This document shows, piece by piece, positions 47,396-56,384 of a stretch of DNA of 64,000 bases. Source of the DNA: an uncultured delta proteobacterium (GTDB taxonomy: Bacteria; Bdellovibrionota; FAC87; UBA2466); assembly GCA_963778115.1 (NCBI GenBank), contig CAVZSV010000004.1:2752001-2816000 (forward strand), written 5' to 3'. Each line of letters opens with the position of its first letter. Position 1 is the stretch's first letter. The notes under the pieces are model-generated. The model worked only from the letters and a program-made list of their open reading frames with translations. It was not told the DNA's origin and did not search any database. The translations under genes and the position numbers were made by a program.

Positions 47396-47980
47396 ATGGT
47401 GTCCGTACTCATCAAGTCGATCAAAGTGACTCTAATATTGGCCGTCATTTTATGCGGCCTTTATCCTCTCGGCGTCACCGTAGTCGGAAAGGTATTTTTC
47501 CGGGACAAAGTAAATGGCGGAATTGTCTATAACGATAAAGGGGAGGCTGTGGGAGCTCGGCTCATTGGCCAAAGCTTTTCAAAGCCTGAATATTTTCATC
47601 CACGCCCGTCGGCGGCGGGGCAGAATGGCTATGATGCCGCTAATTCTTCCGGCAGCAATCTTGGTCCCACTAATCAGAAGCTCTTGAAAGCCGTTCAAGA
47701 TAATATCCAGAAAACTCATACCGAAAACGGGTCGATCGCCCCCGTGCCCGTGGATTTGGTAACCGCTTCAGGAAGCGGGTTGGATCCCCATATTAGCCCG
47801 CTCGCCGCGGAGTATCAGTCGGAGCGGATTGCCAAAGCACGAGGCATCACTTTGGATGCCGTAAAAGGAGTCGTTTTAAAGTATACGGCGGGTCGCGACT
47901 TCGGTATTTTGGGTGAACCGACGGTCAACGTTTTAGAAGTTAACTTGGCGCTGGATAAACTTGCGCCCGTCCATCGGTAG
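47396..47980 (+). CDS. kdpC: K+-transporting ATPase subunit C
   Basis: LIGQ.F, RPSA, SGSNLGP and SGSGLDPHIS motifs. Confidence 0.97.
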   Translation: MVSVLIKSIKVTLILAVILCGLYPLGVTVVGKVFFRDKVNGGIVYNDKGEAVGARLIGQSFSKPEYFHPRPSAAGQNGYDAANSSGSNLGPTNQKLLKAVQDNIQKTHTENGSIAPVPVDLVTASGSGLDPHISPLAAEYQSERIAKARGITLDAVKGVVLKYTAGRDFGILGEPTVNVLEVNLALDKLAPVHR

Positions 47981-47995
47981 AAAAGATGTTTAGCA

Positions 47996-49138
47996 TTGCG
48001 TCTGGAATCGCGTCTGTCTCCCCTTCTTGCCTTAGCAATCTTTTTCTTTTCTAACGCCCCCGTTTGGGCTGAGCCCAACCAACTCGAAGCGGAATCCAAA
48101 CCGGTTGTAACGTTTGGCGGCTTTATTGATACCTACTACGCTTTTGATTTTAATCAGCCTGTTCCCAACGAACGGGTGCTAGGGACCCCAGAGGGAATCA
48201 ATGGGACGAGTGCTCAGCTAGCCACTACGGCAACTCGGCATAACGAATTTAATATCAATCTGGCCTACCTGGACGCCAAATTAGCGGCCAAGAAGTTACG
48301 AGGAAGACTAGCCATCCAAGCGGGCACTTCGGTGGAAGCCACTTACGCATCAGAACCCACCAATGGGATTGCGAGCGGGCCCAGCCTCATGAGATTCGTT
48401 CAGGAGGCGACTTTGGGATATGAGGTGGCTAATGGCCTGTGGATCGATGCGGGAATTTTTCTTTCTCACTTGGGGCTAGAGACTTTTATCTCCAAGGACA
48501 ATTGGACGTATACGCGCTCGCTAGTTGCCGACTTTTCGCCCTATTACGAAGCGGGTGTTAAGGCGAGCTGGCAAGTGAATCCACAGTGGGTCCTGCAATT
48601 TTTAGTCTTGAATGGATGGCAAAATATTTCCGATTACAATTCGAGCAAAGCGGTGGGAACCGCCATCGCCTTTTCTCCCAGTTCCCAATTTTCAATCTCC
48701 TATAACACCTTCCTCGGTCAGGAAGTCGGCTCTCTTTGGCGCGTATTTAATGACTTTATCGTCAAATACGAACTCTCCCATCTTTGGCAGCTAGCTTTGG
48801 AATTTGACATTGGATGGCAGCAACAGCCGGCGGTGGGACCCGCATCCAATTGGTACGGCACAGCACTTTTCGCACGGGTAGCGTTGTCTCCCAAACTCTC
48901 AGTGACCGGCCGTCTCGAAAGGTATGTGGATGGAGACCGAGTCATAGTTCAGCCCGTGGGCGGACTCAGCATGCGGGCTAACGGTGCTTCGATCAACGTA
49001 GATTACGAATTACAAAAGGGGCTTCTTTGGCGGAACGAAGTGCGGGGCCTCTTCGCCGACTCCGCTATCTTCCCGAAAGGCTCTGGTTACGCCTCGTCCG
49101 ACACTTTCGTCGTCTCTTCGCTTTCCCTCGCCTTCTAA
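47996..49138 (+). CDS. Kdp-associated outer-membrane beta-barrel porin (BBP2-like)
   Basis: Signal peptide; DTYYAFDFN, DAGIF.SH.G.E..S.DNW.Y.RS and NGWQ; C-terminal Phe. Confidence 0.8.
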   Translation: MRLESRLSPLLALAIFFFSNAPVWAEPNQLEAESKPVVTFGGFIDTYYAFDFNQPVPNERVLGTPEGINGTSAQLATTATRHNEFNINLAYLDAKLAAKKLRGRLAIQAGTSVEATYASEPTNGIASGPSLMRFVQEATLGYEVANGLWIDAGIFLSHLGLETFISKDNWTYTRSLVADFSPYYEAGVKASWQVNPQWVLQFLVLNGWQNISDYNSSKAVGTAIAFSPSSQFSISYNTFLGQEVGSLWRVFNDFIVKYELSHLWQLALEFDIGWQQQPAVGPASNWYGTALFARVALSPKLSVTGRLERYVDGDRVIVQPVGGLSMRANGASINVDYELQKGLLWRNEVRGLFADSAIFPKGSGYASSDTFVVSSLSLAF

Positions 49139-49208
49139 CAAAAAGGTACGGCCTACCTTCCTGTAGTGGCGTTTTGCAACTACAGGAAGGTAGGCCGTAC
49201 CTTTTTGT
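49138..49208. repeat. 30-bp perfect inverted repeat (11-nt loop); terminator/REP-like
   Basis: ACAAAAAGGTACGGCCTACCTTCCTGTAGT (49138-67) / ACTACAGGAAGGTAGGCCGTACCTTTTTGT (49179-208). Confidence 0.85.
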
Positions 49209-49365
49209 AGGAATGGAAGGTATAATGACCTTCCCCGAAATTCTTCCGGTGGCAGTTAACGTCTGTTAAGCGAATTAACCAAATGTAGACGATCTATTGG
49301 GAGCGAAGTCATACAATGGCTTCAGCTTCACTAATCTTAGTTTTCAAAAAAAAAAGGGGTACCTA

Positions 49366-50571
49366 ATGCATACGGACGGCCAACGTTTTACCGGGCGGAG
49401 GTTTACGTTTTACGCTGTGATGTCCCTGTTTATGCTCTGCGCATATGCGGCGCAAGGTTTTGCCGCAGCTCCACAGAAAGCCTGGACCTTTATTATCTAT
49501 CTCAATGGAAATAATAGTCTGGATTCCTTCGGCACCGACAATATGAAGATGATGGAAACGGTCGGCTCCACCGATACTTTCAACATCGTGGTCCAGTGGG
49601 CGAGCGAATCGGCCGGTAATACCCGACGTTTTTTGATCCAAAAGAGTACCGATCCGAACAACGTCACTTCGCCGGTCGTTCAACAGCTTCCTGTAGTCGA
49701 CATGGGTAACTACCAAACGATGATCGATTTTGCGACGTGGGCCGTTCAGAACTATCCCGCCCAGCATTACTTTCTCGATGTGTGGGATCACGGCAATGGC
49801 TGGCATAAACTAAACGATGCCAAACGAACGGTTCGCGATATCAGCTGGGATGACGTTTCCGGAAACCACATTACGACGGCTCAATTCGGTCAAGCGGTTG
49901 CCGCAATTGCTCAAGTCATCGGCCATCCGTTGGATCTGGTCGGCACCGACGCCTGTCTGATGGCGATGGTAGAAGTCACCAACGAATTGGCTGGCAGCGC
50001 TCTCGCCTTCGTGGGCTCTCAAGAGGTCGAGCCAGGACTGGGATGGCCTTACGATAAGTTCTTAACAGATTGGGCCGCAAAGCCAAACGCTACGAACTTA
50101 GAGATCGGCTCCATGCTCTCCAAAGAGTATGTGGCTTATTACCAAGGCCAGGAAGATGCCACTCTATCGGTGATGGATCTTTCGCATCAATCAGATATCA
50201 ATACCGCGATCACGGGTCTCGCAGGCACCCTCAAAGGTCTCTCAAGCTCCGAACAGTCGACAGTTAAGACGGCGACTGCCAACGTGGTCCACTTCTACGA
50301 TTCTGATTACGCAGATCTTGGTGATTTGATCAGCAAATTGGGATCTAGCGGGGTTGCCGGTCTTCAAACCGATGACGTTCGTAACGTTCAGACGGCCTTG
50401 AGTTCGTTCGTCGTGACCAACAACGATACGACCAACTTTGCAAATGCCAAAGGTGTCTCGATCTGGTGGCCGACCGATAACAGCACACTCACTCAATACG
50501 TTGCTGAGTACCAGGGACTTAAGTTCATGAGCACGAACTGGTTAAGCGTGCTTCAACTCCTTAACCCCTAA
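49366..50571 (+). CDS. Secreted clostripain-family (C11) cysteine peptidase
   Basis: WTF..YL.GNN.L, WDHG.GW (His), DACLM (Cys) and GWPY; signal peptide. Confidence 0.88.
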   Translation: MHTDGQRFTGRRFTFYAVMSLFMLCAYAAQGFAAAPQKAWTFIIYLNGNNSLDSFGTDNMKMMETVGSTDTFNIVVQWASESAGNTRRFLIQKSTDPNNVTSPVVQQLPVVDMGNYQTMIDFATWAVQNYPAQHYFLDVWDHGNGWHKLNDAKRTVRDISWDDVSGNHITTAQFGQAVAAIAQVIGHPLDLVGTDACLMAMVEVTNELAGSALAFVGSQEVEPGLGWPYDKFLTDWAAKPNATNLEIGSMLSKEYVAYYQGQEDATLSVMDLSHQSDINTAITGLAGTLKGLSSSEQSTVKTATANVVHFYDSDYADLGDLISKLGSSGVAGLQTDDVRNVQTALSSFVVTNNDTTNFANAKGVSIWWPTDNSTLTQYVAEYQGLKFMSTNWLSVLQLLNP

Positions 50572-50593
50572 ACGGCTCTTCATAGTAACTCCG

Positions 50594-50631
50594 AAAAGGT
50601 GCCAGGCTTAACCGCCTGGCACCTTTTTTTT
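50594..50631. terminator. Bidirectional intrinsic terminator
   Basis: AAAAGGTGCCAGGC-TTAACC-GCCTGGCACCTTTTTTTT between convergent genes. Confidence 0.85.
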
Positions 50632-50633
50632 GC

Positions 50634-51158
50634 CTATAAGACAGCGGGCTCCGTGTGAACCTGTTGATCGAGGCCCACCACCGAGTCGCTAACGGCTTCC
50701 ATAGCGGTGTTGGGGGCGGAATAACGATTCACCTTTTGGGCCATCGGTCTTAGGACAACGTTGGCGGTGATAACCGCCAGTGTTCCCATAACGGCTTTTA
50801 GTAGAGCGCCACTTCCTGCCATCAGGCCAACCGCTGCCGAACACCACAAAGTGGCGGCCGTATTAAGACCTCGGACCGTAAGTCCATCGCGCATGATGAC
50901 CCCCGCTCCCAAGAAGCCAATTCCGGAAACGACCTGGGCCGCGATTCGGGCCCTGTCGTACTCTCCCGAGAACGAGTCGTTTACCATGATAAATAGTGAA
51001 GCTCCGAGCGCCACGAGCGTGTTGGTTCTCAGGCCCGCCGTGCGCTGACGCCATTGCCGTTCGAGTCCAATAGCGGCTCCGCAAAGAAAACTAGTCGCTA
51101 AGTGAGTCACAAACGGAACCACGATACGCGCAGTATTGCCAATAGTGATATCAAACAT
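50634..51158 (-). CDS. mgtC: MgtC/SapB family protein
   Basis: IGLERQ..AGLRT, RIAAQVVSGIGFLGAG and GLNTAATLW; GGAGG RBS. Confidence 0.92.
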   Translation of the reverse strand: MFDITIGNTARIVVPFVTHLATSFLCGAAIGLERQWRQRTAGLRTNTLVALGASLFIMVNDSFSGEYDRARIAAQVVSGIGFLGAGVIMRDGLTVRGLNTAATLWCSAAVGLMAGSGALLKAVMGTLAVITANVVLRPMAQKVNRYSAPNTAMEAVSDSVVGLDQQVHTEPAVL

Positions 51159-51289
51159 GGGTCCTCCCATCAGGGAATCTGACCAGACGTATAGCCCCTT
51201 TGAGCAGAATTTGGAATTTGGACAGGGAGGATATCGAGAATAGTTTCCCTGACTCACTTCATTCAGCGAGTCAGGACTTACTTAGGAGC

Positions 51290-51367
51290 TTAAGTCCGAA
51301 ACTTGCTGAAGAAGTTTTCTAAATCTTTCCTAATTCTCGCGGGCGGGGGCTGACTAGGAATGTCCAT
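51290..51367 (-). CDS. Pro-rich leader peptide upstream of mgtC (MgtL/MgtP-like, 25 aa)
   Basis: GGAG RBS; MDIPSQPPPARIRKDLENFFSKFRT; followed by alternative hairpins and an anti-SD. Confidence 0.65.
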   Translation of the reverse strand: MDIPSQPPPARIRKDLENFFSKFRT

Positions 51368-51414
51368 TCAGAAAAGCTCCGGTTATCAGTCGCGACCATC
51401 GCGACCGTGAAGGC

Positions 51415-51443
51415 ATAGTAGGTAAGGGTTTTGGGGGAGGCAA
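51415..51443 (-). promoter_or_regulatory. sigma70-type promoter for the mgtC leader
   Basis: TTGCCT-17 nt-TACTAT. Confidence 0.6.
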
Positions 51444-51593
51444 GGGTAAAATTATTGAAAAATGCATAAGACCACGTTCAGGTCCCATGTCTCCGTTCGA
51501 AGTTCACGTTCCTGTTCATGGCAATTTCGTCGTCGTGAATATGAACTCTCACGTAGACATGAGCGTGGGCTCCCCGCAATTCAAGAGCGGAAC

Positions 51594-53099
51594 TTATTTA
51601 ATAAACGCCGCCAGATCCGCCTTCAACGGAGCCAGTGCCTTCGGGTTGATATACACCATGTGCCCCGAGGGGAAGCGGTGGATAGTCACTCGATCGGCCA
51701 GATTCAAGCGCGGTGCTAGGTGTTCAAACTCATACTTCACGGTCTCATAGGGGACGGCTAAATCATAAATTCCGCTCGCGACGTAAATGCGCAAAGAAGC
51801 GTTATCGATGAGCGCTTGGCTCAGATCATCCATCACTCCATACTCGGTTCCATCGGAGTCAAAGGGCCACGTCTGAACATTGGCCATCCCAATATACGGA
51901 GTCGGGCTTAGGAAATGGACGATGCTAGTCAGGTAGTAATTAATAGCACCCGTAAAGGGACCCGATACCGCCGAGTCGCTAGGATCGGTAGCGGTAGCTC
52001 CGGTTTGACCTGAGAGTCTGCCGCCGACATAACGGGCGTCGTAGCGTCCCACGACTTCGTTTTCCGACTGCAAGAGATCGCCGAAGAAGTCGGTGTCCGC
52101 AATTCGCAAATTGAGATCTTCCACCTGAGACTGAGGAATTCCGGTGAAATCGGAAACCTGCTTGGCGATGTTATGAAAATCGGCATCGGGCAAGTCGTTC
52201 CCTTGCTGCAGGGCTTGCCAGTACGGCCCGCGCGCGAAAGTCTCGGCTTGGGTCATTAACGTTTCCGGGTCTACATTCTGATACTGTGCCGCCGATTTCT
52301 TTTGGAATTGAGCGGTTGTCGCAAAGCTAGGAAGAAAACAGACGTAAGGCAAATCGTTATCAACCTCGCCGAAGTTGGTTGTCGTAGTCGTTAGCCAGGG
52401 AGAGAGGTAAACCACTCCGTTCAGAAAAATACCCATGTCCGCTTGAAGGTGGTGGGCGAGTAAAGCCCCTCGGATGCCTCCATAACTTTCGCCCATTAAA
52501 TACTTCGGCGAGTTCCAGCGATTATTGGTATCCAAGTAGTTTCGGATAAATTCGGCGACCGATTGGTAATCGTTTTTTACTCCGAAGAACTTATCCTGAG
52601 CGCTTCCCGCTTGGACATCGCTAAACCCAGTCGCGACCGGGTCGATCATCACGAAATCGCTTATATCGATGGGCGAAAAATCGTTCGTTACCAACTCAAA
52701 CGGGGTACGTACGGTAAGTCCGTCGGTGCCCATGTCGACTCGCTCGGGGGCTACCAACCCCATATGGAGCCATAAGGAAGCGGAGCCGGGTCCGCCATTA
52801 AAGGCGAAGGTAATGGGGCGCGGGGTGCTCGTTGACGAAGGTGCCACATACGAAGTGTAAAAAATACACGCTTTCGATTTCCCATCGGCCGCTGTCGCTT
52901 CTAGGTAACCCGCCGACACCGTGTACGAGATTGAATGGCCCGCTATGACGGTGGTCAAAGTGGTCGACACGGATGCACTTTGGTTGCTCGTGCACGAGCC
53001 CGCCGCCAGATCGGCTAGGCCAACCTGACTAAATCCCATTCCGATGCAAAACAATGACGTAACAATGGCAAATGTTGAAAAACGAAAGTCTAAACCCAT
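51594..53099 (-). CDS. Secreted serine carboxypeptidase, family S10
   Basis: FNGGPGSAS, DPVATGFS, GESYGG, G.YD and GHMVY; signal peptide. Confidence 0.9.
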   Translation of the reverse strand: MGLDFRFSTFAIVTSLFCIGMGFSQVGLADLAAGSCTSNQSASVSTTLTTVIAGHSISYTVSAGYLEATAADGKSKACIFYTSYVAPSSTSTPRPITFAFNGGPGSASLWLHMGLVAPERVDMGTDGLTVRTPFELVTNDFSPIDISDFVMIDPVATGFSDVQAGSAQDKFFGVKNDYQSVAEFIRNYLDTNNRWNSPKYLMGESYGGIRGALLAHHLQADMGIFLNGVVYLSPWLTTTTTNFGEVDNDLPYVCFLPSFATTAQFQKKSAAQYQNVDPETLMTQAETFARGPYWQALQQGNDLPDADFHNIAKQVSDFTGIPQSQVEDLNLRIADTDFFGDLLQSENEVVGRYDARYVGGRLSGQTGATATDPSDSAVSGPFTGAINYYLTSIVHFLSPTPYIGMANVQTWPFDSDGTEYGVMDDLSQALIDNASLRIYVASGIYDLAVPYETVKYEFEHLAPRLNLADRVTIHRFPSGHMVYINPKALAPLKADLAAFIK

Positions 53100-53258
53100 G
53101 TTGTTCCCCCTAAATGAAACCGCCCTAACCTCACGGAATAACACGGCTCGTAGGGCTCAACCCATTTAAAAGGTTTCCTCTGTTAGCAAAAGTTTCAAGG
53201 CTGGGACCGTGATGCGACGCGTGATGCAGCCGTTAAATCAGATCGCCGATAAGTTTCC

Positions 53259-53891
53259 ATGCTCTCAAAAGACACGGCTTTGCTTTTTCAGGTAGGCGGA
53301 ATTGTTCTTTGTCTGGCACTTGTAATATTCGTTCAGATCCGAACGATTAGAATTCAAAACGGCTGGAATGCGGCCATAGAAAAGTTAGCTGCTGCTCTAG
53401 GGGGGAGCCGTCAGCAGGGCTCTCTTTTGAATTCGATGATACTTCCCATCTATTCGGGCCAATACCAAGGGACAGGATTTAAGATGGTCTCTTTACCGCA
53501 GGGGCGAACGGCTTCATTTCTGATGTTGTCCGTGGAGACGAGTTTTCCCAAATTTCGATTGGTGAAGCCAGTGTCGAAGGAAGTCCTTTTGCGTTTTAGC
53601 ACTAAGATCGTTACAGGGGATTGCTACTTTGACCGAGAGTTCCTCATTTTCTCTAATGAGGTTATGCTGAGAACTCCGGAGTTTTGGAATACTTCCACCA
53701 AGAACCTCATCAAACAGGTGATGCTGCTCGGATGTAGTTCCCTAGAGTCTAATGGCAAGGAGCTCCTTTTAAGATGGAGCCCTTTCGATATCACTTGCGC
53801 GGAACATCCGGATACCTTCGCCAGAGCGATTGGCTTTGCGCAGCACCTTTCGGGAATAAAAGTCCCGTTATCGTCGGCTTTCCAGTTGTAG
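53259..53891 (+). CDS. Hypothetical membrane-anchored protein
   Basis: 210-aa ORF with a single N-terminal TM filling the intergenic gap. Confidence 0.55.
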   Translation: MLSKDTALLFQVGGIVLCLALVIFVQIRTIRIQNGWNAAIEKLAAALGGSRQQGSLLNSMILPIYSGQYQGTGFKMVSLPQGRTASFLMLSVETSFPKFRLVKPVSKEVLLRFSTKIVTGDCYFDREFLIFSNEVMLRTPEFWNTSTKNLIKQVMLLGCSSLESNGKELLLRWSPFDITCAEHPDTFARAIGFAQHLSGIKVPLSSAFQL

Positions 53892-53899
53892 GAAAAACC

Positions 53900-53934
53900 T
53901 TAAATTCTGTAATCCCGCTCGTTACGAATTTTTA
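53900..53934. promoter_or_regulatory. Tandem putative enhancer sites matching those upstream of kdp
   Basis: TTAAATTCTGTAA (53900) and TTACGAATTTTTA (53922), 22 bp apart. Confidence 0.6.
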
Positions 53935-54010
53935 AGGTCCGCTTCGCTTTCTCTCCTTAAATCTTCCCTTCCTCAGATAATTCAGGCTGGAGACTATAGC
54001 TTTACCTTCT

Positions 54011-54026
54011 TGGCCTGGTCTTTGCT
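54011..54026 (+). promoter_or_regulatory. sigma54 promoter of the second porin
   Basis: TGGC-CTGGTCT-TTGCT, followed by an AGAAGGAG RBS. Confidence 0.72.
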
Positions 54027-54055
54027 CACAATGCCTCGAAAGAGAAGGAGTAGGT

Positions 54056-55462
54056 ATGACGTTCGCATCTAGGGCGCTATTAGCGATATTCACTTTTGTG
54101 TTGTTGGAAGCCGGGCAAGCTTTTGCTGATGCCGATCCTCTTCCTACCCATCCTGAGCAAGAGCGAAAGATCAACGAAGCTGCTCAGAGCACGGAGAAAA
54201 CGGCCCCCGCTCCCTTTTCCTTTGCGGACTTCTCTTGGGTTCCCGGTAACTATGGGCCCAGTGAAAGCCCACTAGCCAGCAAATATTTCGTACCCGAACT
54301 AAGATTAGATACGGTCTATCACTACGACTTTTCCAATCCCGGGGACAATACGATATCGGGTTCAAGTGAAGCGTTTCGCACTAACGAATTTCAAATCACA
54401 CAGATTGGAATCGGCGGTGACTTCAATTACAAGAATGTGGGTTTTAGATTAATGACTCAATTCGGGATGTATTCCCAAACGACTCCCCGAAACGACTCTA
54501 GCCCTTCGCGGGGACAATGGAATTTAGATAGTGCCTACCGCTATATTTCTGAAGCTTACGGAAGTTACCATCTCAACGTGATGAACGGCATTAATATTCA
54601 AGCCGGCATCTTCATGTCGTACGTGGGCTTGTGGAGCTATTACAATTTCGACAACTGGACGTACCAACCTTCTTACGTTTCGTCGAATACGCCGTGGTTT
54701 TTTAATGGTATGCGGGTCCAGATCTTTCCCAGTGAAAAGCTTAAAATTGAGCCCTGGCTCATTAACGGCTGGCAGTCGTACGGTAGATTTAACAATCAGC
54801 CCGGTTTAGGTCTTCAAGTTCTCTATCGCCCTAATGGCTGGATATCGGTTTTAGGAAATCAATATTACGGTGCGGATACTTTAGGGAATCCGGGCCGCAC
54901 GAGATTTCATACTGATGACAGTGTGATGGTGAAGTACCACGAGAATCAAAAAGGAGTTATCAGCAAAGCGGCGGCTTCTCTTACCATAGATGCCGGTTGT
55001 GAATGGGGAGGTGGAGTCACCTGTGGATCTCAAAATTTTATTGGATTTATGCTTTATAACCGCTTGTGGTTCCTGCAAGACCACTTCGGACTTACTTTCG
55101 GCGGCGGAGCCATCAACAACCCAGGCCGTTATCTGGTTCTGATTCCGCCCATCAACGGAGCTACGGCTTCTAATCCTCCCGATCCTCGGTACTTTACGGA
55201 AAACGCAGGAGATCAGTACTCCGCATGGGATATGCAGTTGACCGCCGACTGGATGCCCACGACCAACATCACTTTCCGATTGGAATTTAACCATCGTTGG
55301 GCGAGCACTCCCTACTTCACCGGTCCTGGCGGAGTGACGCCCCCCTCATCCAGCGGAAGTGTGACCAACAGTGGGCCTCCAGGTTCGTACGTCGCGGGCT
55401 GGACTCCAGATTTGAGACAAACCGAAGATCGTCTTACGGCGGCGATGATGGTCCGGTTCTAG
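54056..55462 (+). CDS. Outer-membrane beta-barrel porin (BBP2-like)
   Basis: Signal peptide; AGIFMSY.G...NFDNWTY.PS and NGWQ motifs shared with the 47996 porin; C-terminal Phe. Confidence 0.78.
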   Translation: MTFASRALLAIFTFVLLEAGQAFADADPLPTHPEQERKINEAAQSTEKTAPAPFSFADFSWVPGNYGPSESPLASKYFVPELRLDTVYHYDFSNPGDNTISGSSEAFRTNEFQITQIGIGGDFNYKNVGFRLMTQFGMYSQTTPRNDSSPSRGQWNLDSAYRYISEAYGSYHLNVMNGINIQAGIFMSYVGLWSYYNFDNWTYQPSYVSSNTPWFFNGMRVQIFPSEKLKIEPWLINGWQSYGRFNNQPGLGLQVLYRPNGWISVLGNQYYGADTLGNPGRTRFHTDDSVMVKYHENQKGVISKAAASLTIDAGCEWGGGVTCGSQNFIGFMLYNRLWFLQDHFGLTFGGGAINNPGRYLVLIPPINGATASNPPDPRYFTENAGDQYSAWDMQLTADWMPTTNITFRLEFNHRWASTPYFTGPGGVTPPSSSGSVTNSGPPGSYVAGWTPDLRQTEDRLTAAMMVRF

Positions 55463-56175
55463 GCGGTCACCGTTCGTTCGCCTAATTTCTTATCCGCGAA
55501 GATGACGGCGGTTTTGTCGAGCAAGTTAAAAGAGCTAGCGTTGACTCGGCCTAGAGGGTTTCCCTTTAGGTTGAGTGCGTTGAGTTTATCGAGGCCCGCG
55601 AAGACCATCGAGTCCAGATTCGAAATTCGGTTGTGGGACAGATTCAAACTCATAAGATTTTGAAGGTTCTGAAAGCAACTAAGTTCTAGCGATCGAATGC
55701 GATTGCCCGATAGATCTAACCAAGTCAGCTGCGTTAAAGGTTCAAAATAGGTAGAGCGAATTTCCGAAAGCCCATTGTGCGAGATGGCGAGCGAAGTTAG
55801 TTTGTTTAAACCGCGCAGAGCGTTGGGACGAATCTCAGAAATTAAATTTCCTCCCAGATCTAACTGAATTAGATTTTCTAATCCCCGAAAGCAGTCGGAA
55901 GGGAGCGCTTTTATGTTTTTGCCTAGAATTTTCAGCTTTTTTAGCGATCGCAGTTCACGAAACAGATCGGGGGGAATAAAGTCAGGCCATTCGCTAGATT
56001 CCCGGTATTCGTTGAAGCTAGGAACCAGAATTAGTTCCTCCAGCGAACTGAGAGGCCGGAAATCCTCTCCTTTCAGATCGTGAAGAGGGGTTTCAATTTG
56101 AAGTGTCTTTATCTTCTTTGGTTTCTCATACTCCGCGGGTTCGAAGCAAAGCTTAGGATGGATGGAACGCGTCAT
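55459..56175 (-). CDS. Leucine-rich repeat protein
   Basis: 24-aa LxxLxLxxNxIxxLxxxxFxxL repeats; AAAGGAG RBS before ATG 56175. Confidence 0.88.
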   Translation of the reverse strand: MTRSIHPKLCFEPAEYEKPKKIKTLQIETPLHDLKGEDFRPLSSLEELILVPSFNEYRESSEWPDFIPPDLFRELRSLKKLKILGKNIKALPSDCFRGLENLIQLDLGGNLISEIRPNALRGLNKLTSLAISHNGLSEIRSTYFEPLTQLTWLDLSGNRIRSLELSCFQNLQNLMSLNLSHNRISNLDSMVFAGLDKLNALNLKGNPLGRVNASSFNLLDKTAVIFADKKLGERTVTA

Positions 56176-56207
56176 GGCGTCTCCTTTCGACTCTAGACAG
56201 AGAGAGG

Positions 56208-56223
56208 AGCAAGTATGGTGCCA
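56208..56223 (-). promoter_or_regulatory. sigma54 promoter of the LRR gene
   Basis: TGGCAC-CATAC-TTGCT. Confidence 0.75.
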
Positions 56224-56384
56224 AAGCGGTCTGGCTTGGTTTTGAAAGAAACTCTGACAAAACCAAGGACTTAGGCGGTAAGAATTCCCGGGGTCGGTAT
56301 CAAAAGGAGCCCAAAGAGTGAGTAAATCCCAAGGTGGTAGGAAGAACGCTTTTAGGGTAACTCTGAGATAGAGCAGGGGGTCCG

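Noticed and set aside
49346..49355. A10 tract before the clostripain RBS as a phase-variation site
   Set aside because: It lies outside the likely CDS and promoter spacer; A-rich translation enhancers are common
51170..51410. M-box (ykoK) riboswitch upstream of mgtC
   Set aside because: No M-box consensus recognised; a Pro-rich uORF with attenuator hairpins explains the leader better
53245..53252. GCCGATAA sigma28 -10 box before 53259
   Set aside because: No TAAA/TCAA -35 element at 15-16 nt spacing
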